Shown here in pieces: positions 56,358 through 64,000 of a stretch of 64,000 nucleotides of DNA. The stretch covers positions 221,703 to 285,702 of the forward strand of contig JAKIVS010000001.1 in the NCBI GenBank assembly GCA_022750435.1. The letters are read 5' to 3'. The notes under the pieces were generated by a model. It saw only the letters and a list, made by a program, of their open reading frames with translations. It had not been told where the DNA came from and searched no databases. The first letter of the stretch is position 1. Each line of letters begins with the position of its first letter. The position numbers and the translations under genes were made by a program. This DNA is from Thermoplasmata archaeon (GTDB lineage: Archaea > Thermoplasmatota > Thermoplasmata > Lutacidiplasmatales > UBA184).

Positions 56358-59264
56358 ATGTCGAATACGTCGAACGGCCCTGCCACCTTTGCGCTGATCG
56401 CGTTGGCGACCTTCGTCCTGCTCGTCGCGCTCGTGCCCACGATCGTCGCCTCGCCGACGGTCGCCGCCTCGAACGACCCGCGGTCGGCCGTCGGGCCGAC
56501 CCCCGGCACGGTGACCACACCGTGTACCTTCTCGACGTTCCGGACCGACGTACTGGCCGGCGGGACCGTCCAGTTCGGGGCGTCCTGCTCGATGACGATG
56601 ACGTCGCCGATCACCATTCCGTCCACCCTCACGGTGAACATCACCGTCGTGAGCGGAGCGACCGTCACGCTGAGCGGTGGGTTCGCGAACCAGCTGTTCC
56701 TCGTACACGGCGGCAACCTCACGATTATCGGGATCGGACTCGACGATGCCCGGGCCAACGGTGTTGCCGGGGGGACGGGGAGCCTCGGAACGCCGGGGCG
56801 CCTCGGCGTGAACGGGGTTCCGGGCACGGCCGGGACCCCCGGCACCGGCCAGTCCGGCCGCTCCGGCGGTCCCGGGCATGGAGGCGGCGTCGGCGGGCCA
56901 GGGGCCGTGGGCTCGCTTGCCGGCCGCGCGCTCGGTGGAGCGATCGAGATTGTCTCCGGCGTGGTCGTCCTCTCCTTCGACACGTTCTACTCGGACGAGG
57001 CGACCGGCGGCGCCGGCGGCACCGGTGGCGCCGGCGGATCGGGTGGTTACGGCGGAAACGGTGGCGCCGGCGGTGCCGGGGCGAGCCCCACCAACCCCTC
57101 CTCCGCTCTCGGAGGGCGGGGAGGGGCCGGCGGCTTCGCCGCCACGGGTGGAGCCGGTGGCGCCGGGGCGATCGGCCTCCCCGGGGGCTTCGCCGAGGGC
57201 GGTGCGATCAGCAACGCCGGGACGCTGACTCTCGCGAACGACACGTTCGGATCGGACGAGGCCGCCGGCGGCGCGGGCGGGAGCGGCGGGGCCGGAGCCT
57301 CCGGCGGGGTCGGCGGCAACGGCGGATCGGCCGGCGCGGGCGCGACGGGAGGAACCCCTGCGACGACCGCGACCGGGGGAGCCGGAGGCGGTACGGCGGC
57401 GAACACTGCCGGAAACTTCGGCGGCCTCGGAGGAAACGGGGGGAACGGTGGGCAGGGAGGGTACGGCGCCGGAGGTGCCGTCTACAACTTTGGTACCCTC
57501 GTCGCGACAAATACGACCTTCTCGAGTTGCTACGCGGTCGGCGGCGCCGGGGGCGCTGGCGGAACGGGCGGGAACGGAGGGAACGGCGGCGCCGGCGCTG
57601 GCGGGAGCTCCGGAGGACCGGGCGGCGCGGGCGGAACGCCGAGCAGCGCGGGAGGCAACGGTGGCTCGGGCGGCGCCGGCGGGACGGTCGGCTCCGGGAG
57701 CATCGGTGGTTCCCCGGGCCTCGGCGGCCCCGGCGGGATCGGGGGCCCCGGGGGGTTCGCCGAGGGCGCTGCGATCTACAGTAGCGGCTCGTTCCATGCC
57801 TTCCAGGACGTGTTTCAGTACGGCCATGCGGGTGGTGCCACCGGTGGCCTCGGCGGAAACGGTGGGATGGCCGGCACAGGCGGCAGCGGCGGTCCCGGTG
57901 CGACGGGCGGTGCCGGGGGCGCCGGCGGCCAAGGCGCGCCGGGGACCGGGGCTGGGACCGGTGGCAATGGCGGACCCGGTGTCGCCGGCGCCTCCCCCGG
58001 CGGTGGTGGAGGACCCGGATTTGCCGGGCTTTCCGGCGCCGGCGGTTCGGGCGGACTGGGCGGCGTTGCGTCCGGCGGATGCCTCTTCGACGCCTCCAGC
58101 CTCTTCGTCGTCAACAACTCGACCCTCGCCAGCTGCGACGCCGTCGCCGGTCCCGGGGGGAGCGGCGGGTACGGAGGCGCCGGCGCCGCGGCGGCGACCG
58201 GCGGAGCCGGGGCGGCGGGCGCGTACGGCGGCGATGGGGGATCGGGCGGCTCGAACGGCCCGGCGGTGAACGGAGGGGCCGGCGGCGGGGGCGCCGCGGG
58301 ATCCCCGGGTCAGCCCGGCGGTTTCGGCGGGAGTGGCGGTGCGGGCGGGCCAGGCGGCCTCGGCGGAGCGGCCCACGGGGGAGCGGTCTACGCGCCGATG
58401 GCAGCCCAATTCGATAACGATTCGTTCGGCTCGAACGCCGCGTCCGGCGGGGCCGGGGGCCCGGGAGGATCAGGAGGCGCGGGCTCCCAGGGCGGAACCG
58501 GAGGCACCGGTGGCGCCGGCGGGGTCGGCGGGTACGGCGGGTCCGGCGCCTCCGGAGGAACCGGCGCGCACGGCGCCAAGGGTGGCGATGCGGCGGCGGG
58601 CGGAGCCGGGGGACAAGGCGGCTCGGGCGGCCCGGGGGGCCTTGGGGGCGACGGTGGGGCGGCGGACGGCGGGGCGATCGACTCCCGGGCGGCGCTCGTC
58701 CTCGAATATGATACGTTCACCTACAATGCGGCCGTCGCCGGCGCTGGGGCCGCGGGCGGCGCCGGCGGAACGGGAGGCGGCGGTGGCACAGGGCAGTTCG
58801 CCGGCAACGGCGGCCCGGGCGGGTCCGGCGGAGCCGGTTCCACCGTCGGGGCCGGCGCGGCCGGAGGCGCCGGCGGGAACGGAGGCCGAGGCGGCTCCGG
58901 CGTCGCCGGCGGCGCGTCGGGAGCCGGCGGGAGCGGTGGCGATGCCATCGGCGGGGCGGTCTTCAATCTGACCCCCGCGACGATCGTCGGCGTCCTGAAC
59001 TTCGGGGCCAACAGCGCGGTCGGCGGATTCGGCGGCGTGGACAACTGCCTCGCTGGCTCGGCGTGTCCCGGAGCGGGTGGGAGCGCGGGGCTCGGCGGGC
59101 CGGCGGGAACGGGCGGCCTTGGCGGGACGAACGGCGCCGGGCTCCATCGGGCCGCAAACGGAGCGAACGGAGTCGTGGGCGCCGCCGGCACGGCGGGGGC
59201 CTTCGGAGCGAACGGAGCGAGCGGCACGTCGGGAACCGGGATCGTGCCGGACATGGGGGCCTGA
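56358..59264 (+). CDS. Secreted glycine-rich protein 1 (Pmp-like GGAI beta-helix rungs with PGRS-like GGxGGx inserts)
   Basis: Signal-like N-terminus; 8 GGA(I/V)...F...(N/D).A rungs separated by long Gly-rich tracts; 968 aa. Confidence 0.85.
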   Translation: MSNTSNGPATFALIALATFVLLVALVPTIVASPTVAASNDPRSAVGPTPGTVTTPCTFSTFRTDVLAGGTVQFGASCSMTMTSPITIPSTLTVNITVVSGATVTLSGGFANQLFLVHGGNLTIIGIGLDDARANGVAGGTGSLGTPGRLGVNGVPGTAGTPGTGQSGRSGGPGHGGGVGGPGAVGSLAGRALGGAIEIVSGVVVLSFDTFYSDEATGGAGGTGGAGGSGGYGGNGGAGGAGASPTNPSSALGGRGGAGGFAATGGAGGAGAIGLPGGFAEGGAISNAGTLTLANDTFGSDEAAGGAGGSGGAGASGGVGGNGGSAGAGATGGTPATTATGGAGGGTAANTAGNFGGLGGNGGNGGQGGYGAGGAVYNFGTLVATNTTFSSCYAVGGAGGAGGTGGNGGNGGAGAGGSSGGPGGAGGTPSSAGGNGGSGGAGGTVGSGSIGGSPGLGGPGGIGGPGGFAEGAAIYSSGSFHAFQDVFQYGHAGGATGGLGGNGGMAGTGGSGGPGATGGAGGAGGQGAPGTGAGTGGNGGPGVAGASPGGGGGPGFAGLSGAGGSGGLGGVASGGCLFDASSLFVVNNSTLASCDAVAGPGGSGGYGGAGAAAATGGAGAAGAYGGDGGSGGSNGPAVNGGAGGGGAAGSPGQPGGFGGSGGAGGPGGLGGAAHGGAVYAPMAAQFDNDSFGSNAASGGAGGPGGSGGAGSQGGTGGTGGAGGVGGYGGSGASGGTGAHGAKGGDAAAGGAGGQGGSGGPGGLGGDGGAADGGAIDSRAALVLEYDTFTYNAAVAGAGAAGGAGGTGGGGGTGQFAGNGGPGGSGGAGSTVGAGAAGGAGGNGGRGGSGVAGGASGAGGSGGDAIGGAVFNLTPATIVGVLNFGANSAVGGFGGVDNCLAGSACPGAGGSAGLGGPAGTGGLGGTNGAGLHRAANGANGVVGAAGTAGAFGANGASGTSGTGIVPDMGA

Positions 59265-59539
59265 GGTTCCCTTTCGTCCCTCTCGAGGGAACTGCCTCTC
59301 CACGGGCCGGGGATCGACGGCCGGGACCTCTTCCACGATTCCCCGGGGCCCCGGCCCGCTCGAACGCTCAGGAAGGAGGCGGGGCCCCGAGTCGCGGCCT
59401 TCGAGAACAGGAGGGCTCCCGGCCTTCCGGGGCCGCGGAACCAGCCTGTCCCGCCGGGACCCGGAATGTCACGACGCGCCACGTCCACGGCTAGGGCCGT
59501 GGCCCCGGTGGCCGAAAGTTGCGACAATCCTAATTCCGA

Positions 59540-59582
59540 CTATATACCGGGACTCGGTTCCCCGCCTTCCCGGGGATCAAGT
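59540..59582 (+). promoter_or_regulatory. TATA box plus inverted-repeat element, copy 2
   Basis: CTATATACCGGGACTCGGTTCCCCGCC..CCCGGG before ATG 59583. Confidence 0.65.
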
Positions 59583-62507
59583 ATGTCGGAACCGTCGAAA
59601 ACCACCGCCCGTCTCGCGCTGATCGGATTTGTCGCCGTTTTCCTCCTCGTCGGCGTTGTTCCGACGATTGCCGGGGCCAGCCCCCTCGCCCCGACGGCGT
59701 CGGTCCATTCCCTGCCCGGCCACACCCCGGGCACCGTGATCTCTCCCTGCGTCTTCACGACGTTCAAGTCGGACGTGCTCGCCGGCGGTACCGTCGAATT
59801 CAACGCGGCCTGCAGCCTCACCATGACCTCGGCCATCACGATCCCTTCGACCCTGACCGTCAACATCACCGCCGTCGGCGCGAGCGTGACGCTGAGCGGC
59901 GCCTACGCGAACCAGTTGTTCATCGTCAGCGGCGGCCACCTCAACATCACGAACCTCTCCCTCGACAGCGCGCGGATCACCGCGAAGGCCGGCCTGCCCG
60001 GAACGGTCGGCACTCCCGGGTCCATCGGGTCGGCCGGCGTCGCGGGCACGGGCGGCACGAGCGGCACGGGCCAGGCCGGCGGCGCGGGCGGCCCCGGGAC
60101 GAACGGCGGCGTTGGCGGAGTCGGCGGAGCCGGGACCGCCGCGTCGACCGCGGAGGGCGGCGCCATCATGATCATGAGTGGTTCGGTCGTGTACCTCGGC
60201 GCGGACTCGTTCTCCTCGGACTCGGCGTACGGCGGCGCTGGCGGCAACGGTGGAAGCGGCGGTGCGGGCGGCTACGCGGGCGGCGGGGGCAACGGCGGCT
60301 CGGGCGCGAGCCCGACCAACCCGTCCTCGGCGGCGGGCGGCGCCGGCGGCACGGGCGGCGCCGGCGGGAACGGCGGCCGTGGCGGCACGGGCGGGAACGG
60401 GGGCACGGGTGGCGACGCCTACGGCGGTGCGATCTACAACGCCGGCACGCTCTTCCTCACGGGCGACACCTTCTCCTCGGACACGGCGAACGCTGGCGTC
60501 GGCGGCAACAGCGGCACCGGCGGGGCCGGCGGCGCCGGTGGCTCGGGCGGGTACGGCGGAAGTGGGGCCGCGGGAGGCACCCCCTCGACGAGCGCCCACG
60601 GCGGGTCCGGCGGCGCCGCGGGCACGAGCGGCGTCGGCGGTCTCGGCGGACGCGGTGGAAACGGCGGTTCCCCGGGCATCTCCGGACTGGCGGCGGGCGG
60701 AGTCCTCTACAACACAGGCTACCTTTCGATCAACGCCTCCACGATCGAGTATTCCTACGCCTACGGCGGAGCGGGCGTCGGCGCGGCGAACGGCGGCGCC
60801 GGCGGCGCGGGCGGTGCCGGCGTGACCACGAACTCGGGCGGTGCCGGCGGCTCGGGCGGAACCCCCTACAGCGCCGGCGGGAACGGCGGAGCGGGCGGCG
60901 CCGCGGGTGCGGCCTCGGCCGGATCCTCCGGTGGCGCCGGCGGTCCGGGCGGCCGCGCCGGGAACGGGAGCGCCGGCGGCGCGGCTCGGGGTGGCGGGAT
61001 CTCGAGTTCCGGTTCGCTCCTCCTCATTCTCGACGACCTCCAGGACGACCACGCGGTCGCCGGCACTGGTGGGGGCGGCGGAACGGGCGGGATGGGCGGT
61101 TCGGCCTCGTCCGGCGGCGCCGGAGGGACCGGCGGCGCCGGCGGTTCGGGCGGGAGCGGATACCAATCCGGTACGGCGGGAACCGGCGGCTCCGGTGGCG
61201 CCGGGGCGAAGGGAGCGAACGGCGGCCTTCCCGGCATTGGCGGTGCGGCGGGCGCCTCGGGGCTCGGGGGCCACGGTGGAAGCGGCGGCGGAGCCCTGGG
61301 CGGCTGCCTCTACACGACCGGAACCGCCGGCTTCCTCTTCGAGAATGGGACGATGTTTGACGCCTGCGTCGCGACCGGCGGTGCCGGTGGGACCGGCGGC
61401 ACGGGTGGCACGGGCGCCTACGGTGCGTCCGGAGGTGCGGGTGGCTCGGGTGGCCGAGGCGGGTACGGCGGCAACGGCGGGTCGAACTCTCCCGCCGAGA
61501 ACGGCGCCCTCGGCGGTGTCGGCGGAGCCGGGACCTCGGCGGAAGCCCCGACCATCGGGAGCACCGGCGGAGCCGGCGGCGCCGGCGGCAGTGGCGGCGT
61601 CGCGGACGGCGGGGCGATGTACACGACCGCCCCGGCCTCGCTCAGCACGGACCTGTTCGAGTACAACCTCGCGAACGGCGGGGTGGGCGGCGTCGGCGGT
61701 ACCGGTGGGTATACTCCGGCGGGCGCCAGCGGCGGCTACGGTGGCTCCGGCGGCGGCGGCGGCGGGGGCGGATCCGGCGTCTCCGGAGGTCACGGGGGCG
61801 GCGGCGTCGCCGGCGGCGCCGGCGAAACCGGGGGCAACGGCTCGGACGGGGCCAACGGCGGTGCGGGCGGCGCCGGTGGCACGGGGGGCTCCGGGTTCGG
61901 CGGCGGGCTCTACGTCTACGGCACGACCGCCGTCGGCCTCAGCTCCGCCCGATTCCTGTACAACTCGGCGGTCGGCGGCTTTGGGGCCGCCGGCGGCGCG
62001 GGCGGCGGGGCGGGTGCCGGCGGCACTGCCGAGTACGGCGCGAACGGCGGCACCGGCGGCACCGGTGGCGGCGGCACGGCGGTCGGCTCCGGGGGCGCCG
62101 GCGGAGCGGGCGGCGACGGCGGAGGCGGCGGAAACGGCGGCACGGGCGGTGCTTCGGGCACGGCCGGCAACGGCGGCGCCGGGAACGGCGGGGCGATCTA
62201 CAACATGACGACGGCGACGGTCACCATTAGCGGGATCACCTACGCCGCCAACAGCGTCGTCGGCGGCTACGGTGGCGTCGACAACTGCGGCGGGGCGACG
62301 ACGGCGTGCCCGGGAACCGCGGGGGGCGCCGGGACGGCGGGCGCGGCGGGCAGCGGCGGCTTGGGCGGACTCAACGGCGCGGGCCTCCTCCGAGGCGGGA
62401 CGGGCGCGACCGGAGTGGCCGGATTCGTCGGTTTCGTCGGACTCATCGGCGCGAACGGCCTCAGCGGAAACTCGGGGACGGCCACCAACCAGAACCAGGG
62501 CTACTGA
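59583..62507 (+). CDS. Secreted glycine-rich protein 2 (tandem paralog)
   Basis: Collinear with protein 1 (TPGTV..PC.F.TF..DVLAGGTV, ASPTNPSSA, GGVDNC...CPG); 974 aa. Confidence 0.85.
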   Translation: MSEPSKTTARLALIGFVAVFLLVGVVPTIAGASPLAPTASVHSLPGHTPGTVISPCVFTTFKSDVLAGGTVEFNAACSLTMTSAITIPSTLTVNITAVGASVTLSGAYANQLFIVSGGHLNITNLSLDSARITAKAGLPGTVGTPGSIGSAGVAGTGGTSGTGQAGGAGGPGTNGGVGGVGGAGTAASTAEGGAIMIMSGSVVYLGADSFSSDSAYGGAGGNGGSGGAGGYAGGGGNGGSGASPTNPSSAAGGAGGTGGAGGNGGRGGTGGNGGTGGDAYGGAIYNAGTLFLTGDTFSSDTANAGVGGNSGTGGAGGAGGSGGYGGSGAAGGTPSTSAHGGSGGAAGTSGVGGLGGRGGNGGSPGISGLAAGGVLYNTGYLSINASTIEYSYAYGGAGVGAANGGAGGAGGAGVTTNSGGAGGSGGTPYSAGGNGGAGGAAGAASAGSSGGAGGPGGRAGNGSAGGAARGGGISSSGSLLLILDDLQDDHAVAGTGGGGGTGGMGGSASSGGAGGTGGAGGSGGSGYQSGTAGTGGSGGAGAKGANGGLPGIGGAAGASGLGGHGGSGGGALGGCLYTTGTAGFLFENGTMFDACVATGGAGGTGGTGGTGAYGASGGAGGSGGRGGYGGNGGSNSPAENGALGGVGGAGTSAEAPTIGSTGGAGGAGGSGGVADGGAMYTTAPASLSTDLFEYNLANGGVGGVGGTGGYTPAGASGGYGGSGGGGGGGGSGVSGGHGGGGVAGGAGETGGNGSDGANGGAGGAGGTGGSGFGGGLYVYGTTAVGLSSARFLYNSAVGGFGAAGGAGGGAGAGGTAEYGANGGTGGTGGGGTAVGSGGAGGAGGDGGGGGNGGTGGASGTAGNGGAGNGGAIYNMTTATVTISGITYAANSVVGGYGGVDNCGGATTACPGTAGGAGTAGAAGSGGLGGLNGAGLLRGGTGATGVAGFVGFVGLIGANGLSGNSGTATNQNQGY

Positions 62508-62512
62508 GCCCA

Positions 62513-62551
62513 CCGCGAGGGCGGGGCTCCTTCGGAGCCTCGTCCCCGCGG
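62513..62551 (+). terminator. GC-rich stem-loop after glycine-rich gene 2
   Basis: CCGCGAGGGCGGGGCTCC-TTC-GGAGCCTCGTCCCCGCGG hairpin 6 nt after the stop; no U-tract. Confidence 0.4.
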
Positions 62552-62709
62552 CAACCCCGCCGTTCCGGGTGGGACTCCGCCGGTGCGGCGACCGGGACCG
62601 ATTCGGCGGGTCGATGGGTGCCGACGCGCTCGGGGTTCGCCGCCCGGCGGCCGGGGGCGTGAGGATATCTCCGCGCCGGACTCCCGTCGGGCGAGGATTC
62701 GCAGGAATC

Positions 62710-62847
62710 ATGACCGGGTCACTCCGAACACGGCGCTCGCCGGCTGCCAAGAAACGCAACGCCCGCACGCGCCAACGGCGGATCGCCGCCCGCCGCCGCC
62801 AGGTCCCCCTCGGGGGGAACCGGGGCGGTCATCAAACGAAGGCGTAA
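62710..62847 (+). CDS. Possible 45-aa highly basic small protein
   Basis: MTGSLRTRRSPAAKKRNARTRQRRIAARRRQVPLGGNRGGHQTKA; AGGA just upstream; lies in an otherwise empty 500-nt gap. Confidence 0.35.
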   Translation: MTGSLRTRRSPAAKKRNARTRQRRIAARRRQVPLGGNRGGHQTKA

Positions 62848-63010
62848 CGCCTCGAGGACTCCGGGTCGTGGGGCTCCCCGGACGCGCAACTCCAGACCAC
62901 GACCGCCGAACGGTGGGGGCCTCTCGGCCCGCCGAACTCCGGACGGGGCCCGCTCCGAGCCGCGGCACGCACGACCCACCGATCGTCTAGCCGGCGGAAG
63001 TGGGGGTTCG

Positions 63011-63979
63011 ATGCGGATCTACGAACTCGACACGCTTCCCCGGTCGTTGTATCCCCAATTGGGCGCCTTTGCCCTGAGCGGCGGGGAGCCGCCCCAGGAC
63101 ATCCGGTTCGTTCGCGACGTCCGCAAGCTGCCGACGGCGGCGTCGGACTACTTCGCCGTCTACGCGGTCGAGGACGGCCAACTGCTTTCGCGCATCGAGA
63201 CGCTCGACCTCCCGTTCCGCGGCCATCACGGGACCCAGCGGGTCGTGGGCGTCTCCGACGTCGTCACCCGACCCGACGCCGTCGGACGAGGATTGGCCCG
63301 GACGCTCCTCCGCGAAGTCCACCGCCGCGCGGTGCCCCAGGGGCGGACCTGGTCGTTCCTCTGGACCCACCGGAGCTGGGGCGCCCACCGATTGTACGAA
63401 TCCCTGGGATACGAGGACGTCTATTCTCCGCCGAGCGCCCTTGGTCCGTTCCCGTCTCGTCGGCGAGGACGGAGGACCGTGGGCTACCGGGTGACCCGCG
63501 AAAGGTCCCGGACCGGAAAGCGGCTCGAGCGGATCCTGACGCGCTCCACCCTCGGACGGCTCGGCTTCCTTCCCCGGACCCCGGGCTCGTTCGAGGCCAA
63601 GTACCGGCTGGGCTGGCGCAAACCGAAAAACCATCTCCTCCTCTGGCAGGGGAGGACACCGGTCGGGTTCGCGCACATTCCCGAAGAGAGCCGGTGGTCC
63701 CTCGGCGTGAACGAAGTCGTCGTGGCGGGTCCCGAGCACAGCGAACCGATGCTGCGGGCGCTCGAGAAGGCGGCCGGTCGGCGGCGGGTGGCGATCCAGG
63801 GGACCAGCTACGTCCGCGACGCCGCGGAACTCCTTCGCGGGAATGGGTACGTCGTGCTCGAGTCCTCCCATCGTGTCCTGATGGCGAAACCGCTGGTTTC
63901 TCCGACGACGTACGGGGAGGACGTGCGGACCGCGTGCTCCGACCCCGCGCTCGCCATCCACCGCGGCGACATGTTCTGA
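63011..63979 (+). CDS. GNAT family N-acetyltransferase
   Basis: VVTRPDAVGRGLARTLL acetyl-CoA motif A and LYESLGY. Confidence 0.85.
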   Translation: MRIYELDTLPRSLYPQLGAFALSGGEPPQDIRFVRDVRKLPTAASDYFAVYAVEDGQLLSRIETLDLPFRGHHGTQRVVGVSDVVTRPDAVGRGLARTLLREVHRRAVPQGRTWSFLWTHRSWGAHRLYESLGYEDVYSPPSALGPFPSRRRGRRTVGYRVTRERSRTGKRLERILTRSTLGRLGFLPRTPGSFEAKYRLGWRKPKNHLLLWQGRTPVGFAHIPEESRWSLGVNEVVVAGPEHSEPMLRALEKAAGRRRVAIQGTSYVRDAAELLRGNGYVVLESSHRVLMAKPLVSPTTYGEDVRTACSDPALAIHRGDMF

Positions 63980-64000
63980 GGCGCCGCGGCCGAGCCCGCG

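Noticed and set aside
56358-62507. Mycobacterial PE_PGRS genes or contamination
   Set aside because: No PE domain. The genes have signal-like N-termini and TATA-type promoters and are contiguous with archaeal genes.
56358-62507. CRISPR array or DNA tandem repeat
   Set aside because: The repetitiveness comes from Gly/Ala codons in open frames; there is no fixed repeat-spacer structure.

Overview
High-GC (roughly 70%) archaeal chromosomal segment, most likely Thermoplasmata (inference). The archaeal signal comes from GGGP and DGGGP synthases, CarS, an alpha2-type tRNA-intron lyase, DtdA, aIF5A, archaeal shikimate kinase, AroA'/AroB' and a DUF835 domain. Left to right it holds: an alpha-glucan cluster (GT4, GH57, two GH15); an MFS transporter and a CADD/PqqC-like diiron protein ahead of a translationally coupled aromatic operon (aroA' aroB' aroDE aroK aroA aroC asd ask trpF-like); an ether-lipid/endA/pyrE operon containing DUF2070; an M16 protease pair; dtdA; a YcaQ-like glycosylase; a phosphoesterase; tRNA-Glu(CUC); a DtxR-family regulator with a Mn/Zn ABC transporter; a 1488-aa helical-repeat protein; aIF5A; an IleRS paralog; small accessory genes; and two tandem ~970-aa glycine-rich secreted proteins. 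The most unusual elements are (1) the IleRS paralog, which lacks HIGH and KMSKS and is fused to HhH, a Pro-rich linker and DUF835, (2) a 32-nt non-canonical T-loop (59/60) intron in tRNA-Glu, (3) the glycine-rich pair, which combine beta-helix rungs with polyglycine-II inserts and share an upstream promoter element, and (4) the diiron enzyme at the head of the aro operon. No CRISPR, rRNA, integrase or transposase was seen. Most long ORFs in the supplied track are GC-rich shadow frames. All product calls come from motif recognition by eye, and start codons are best estimates.
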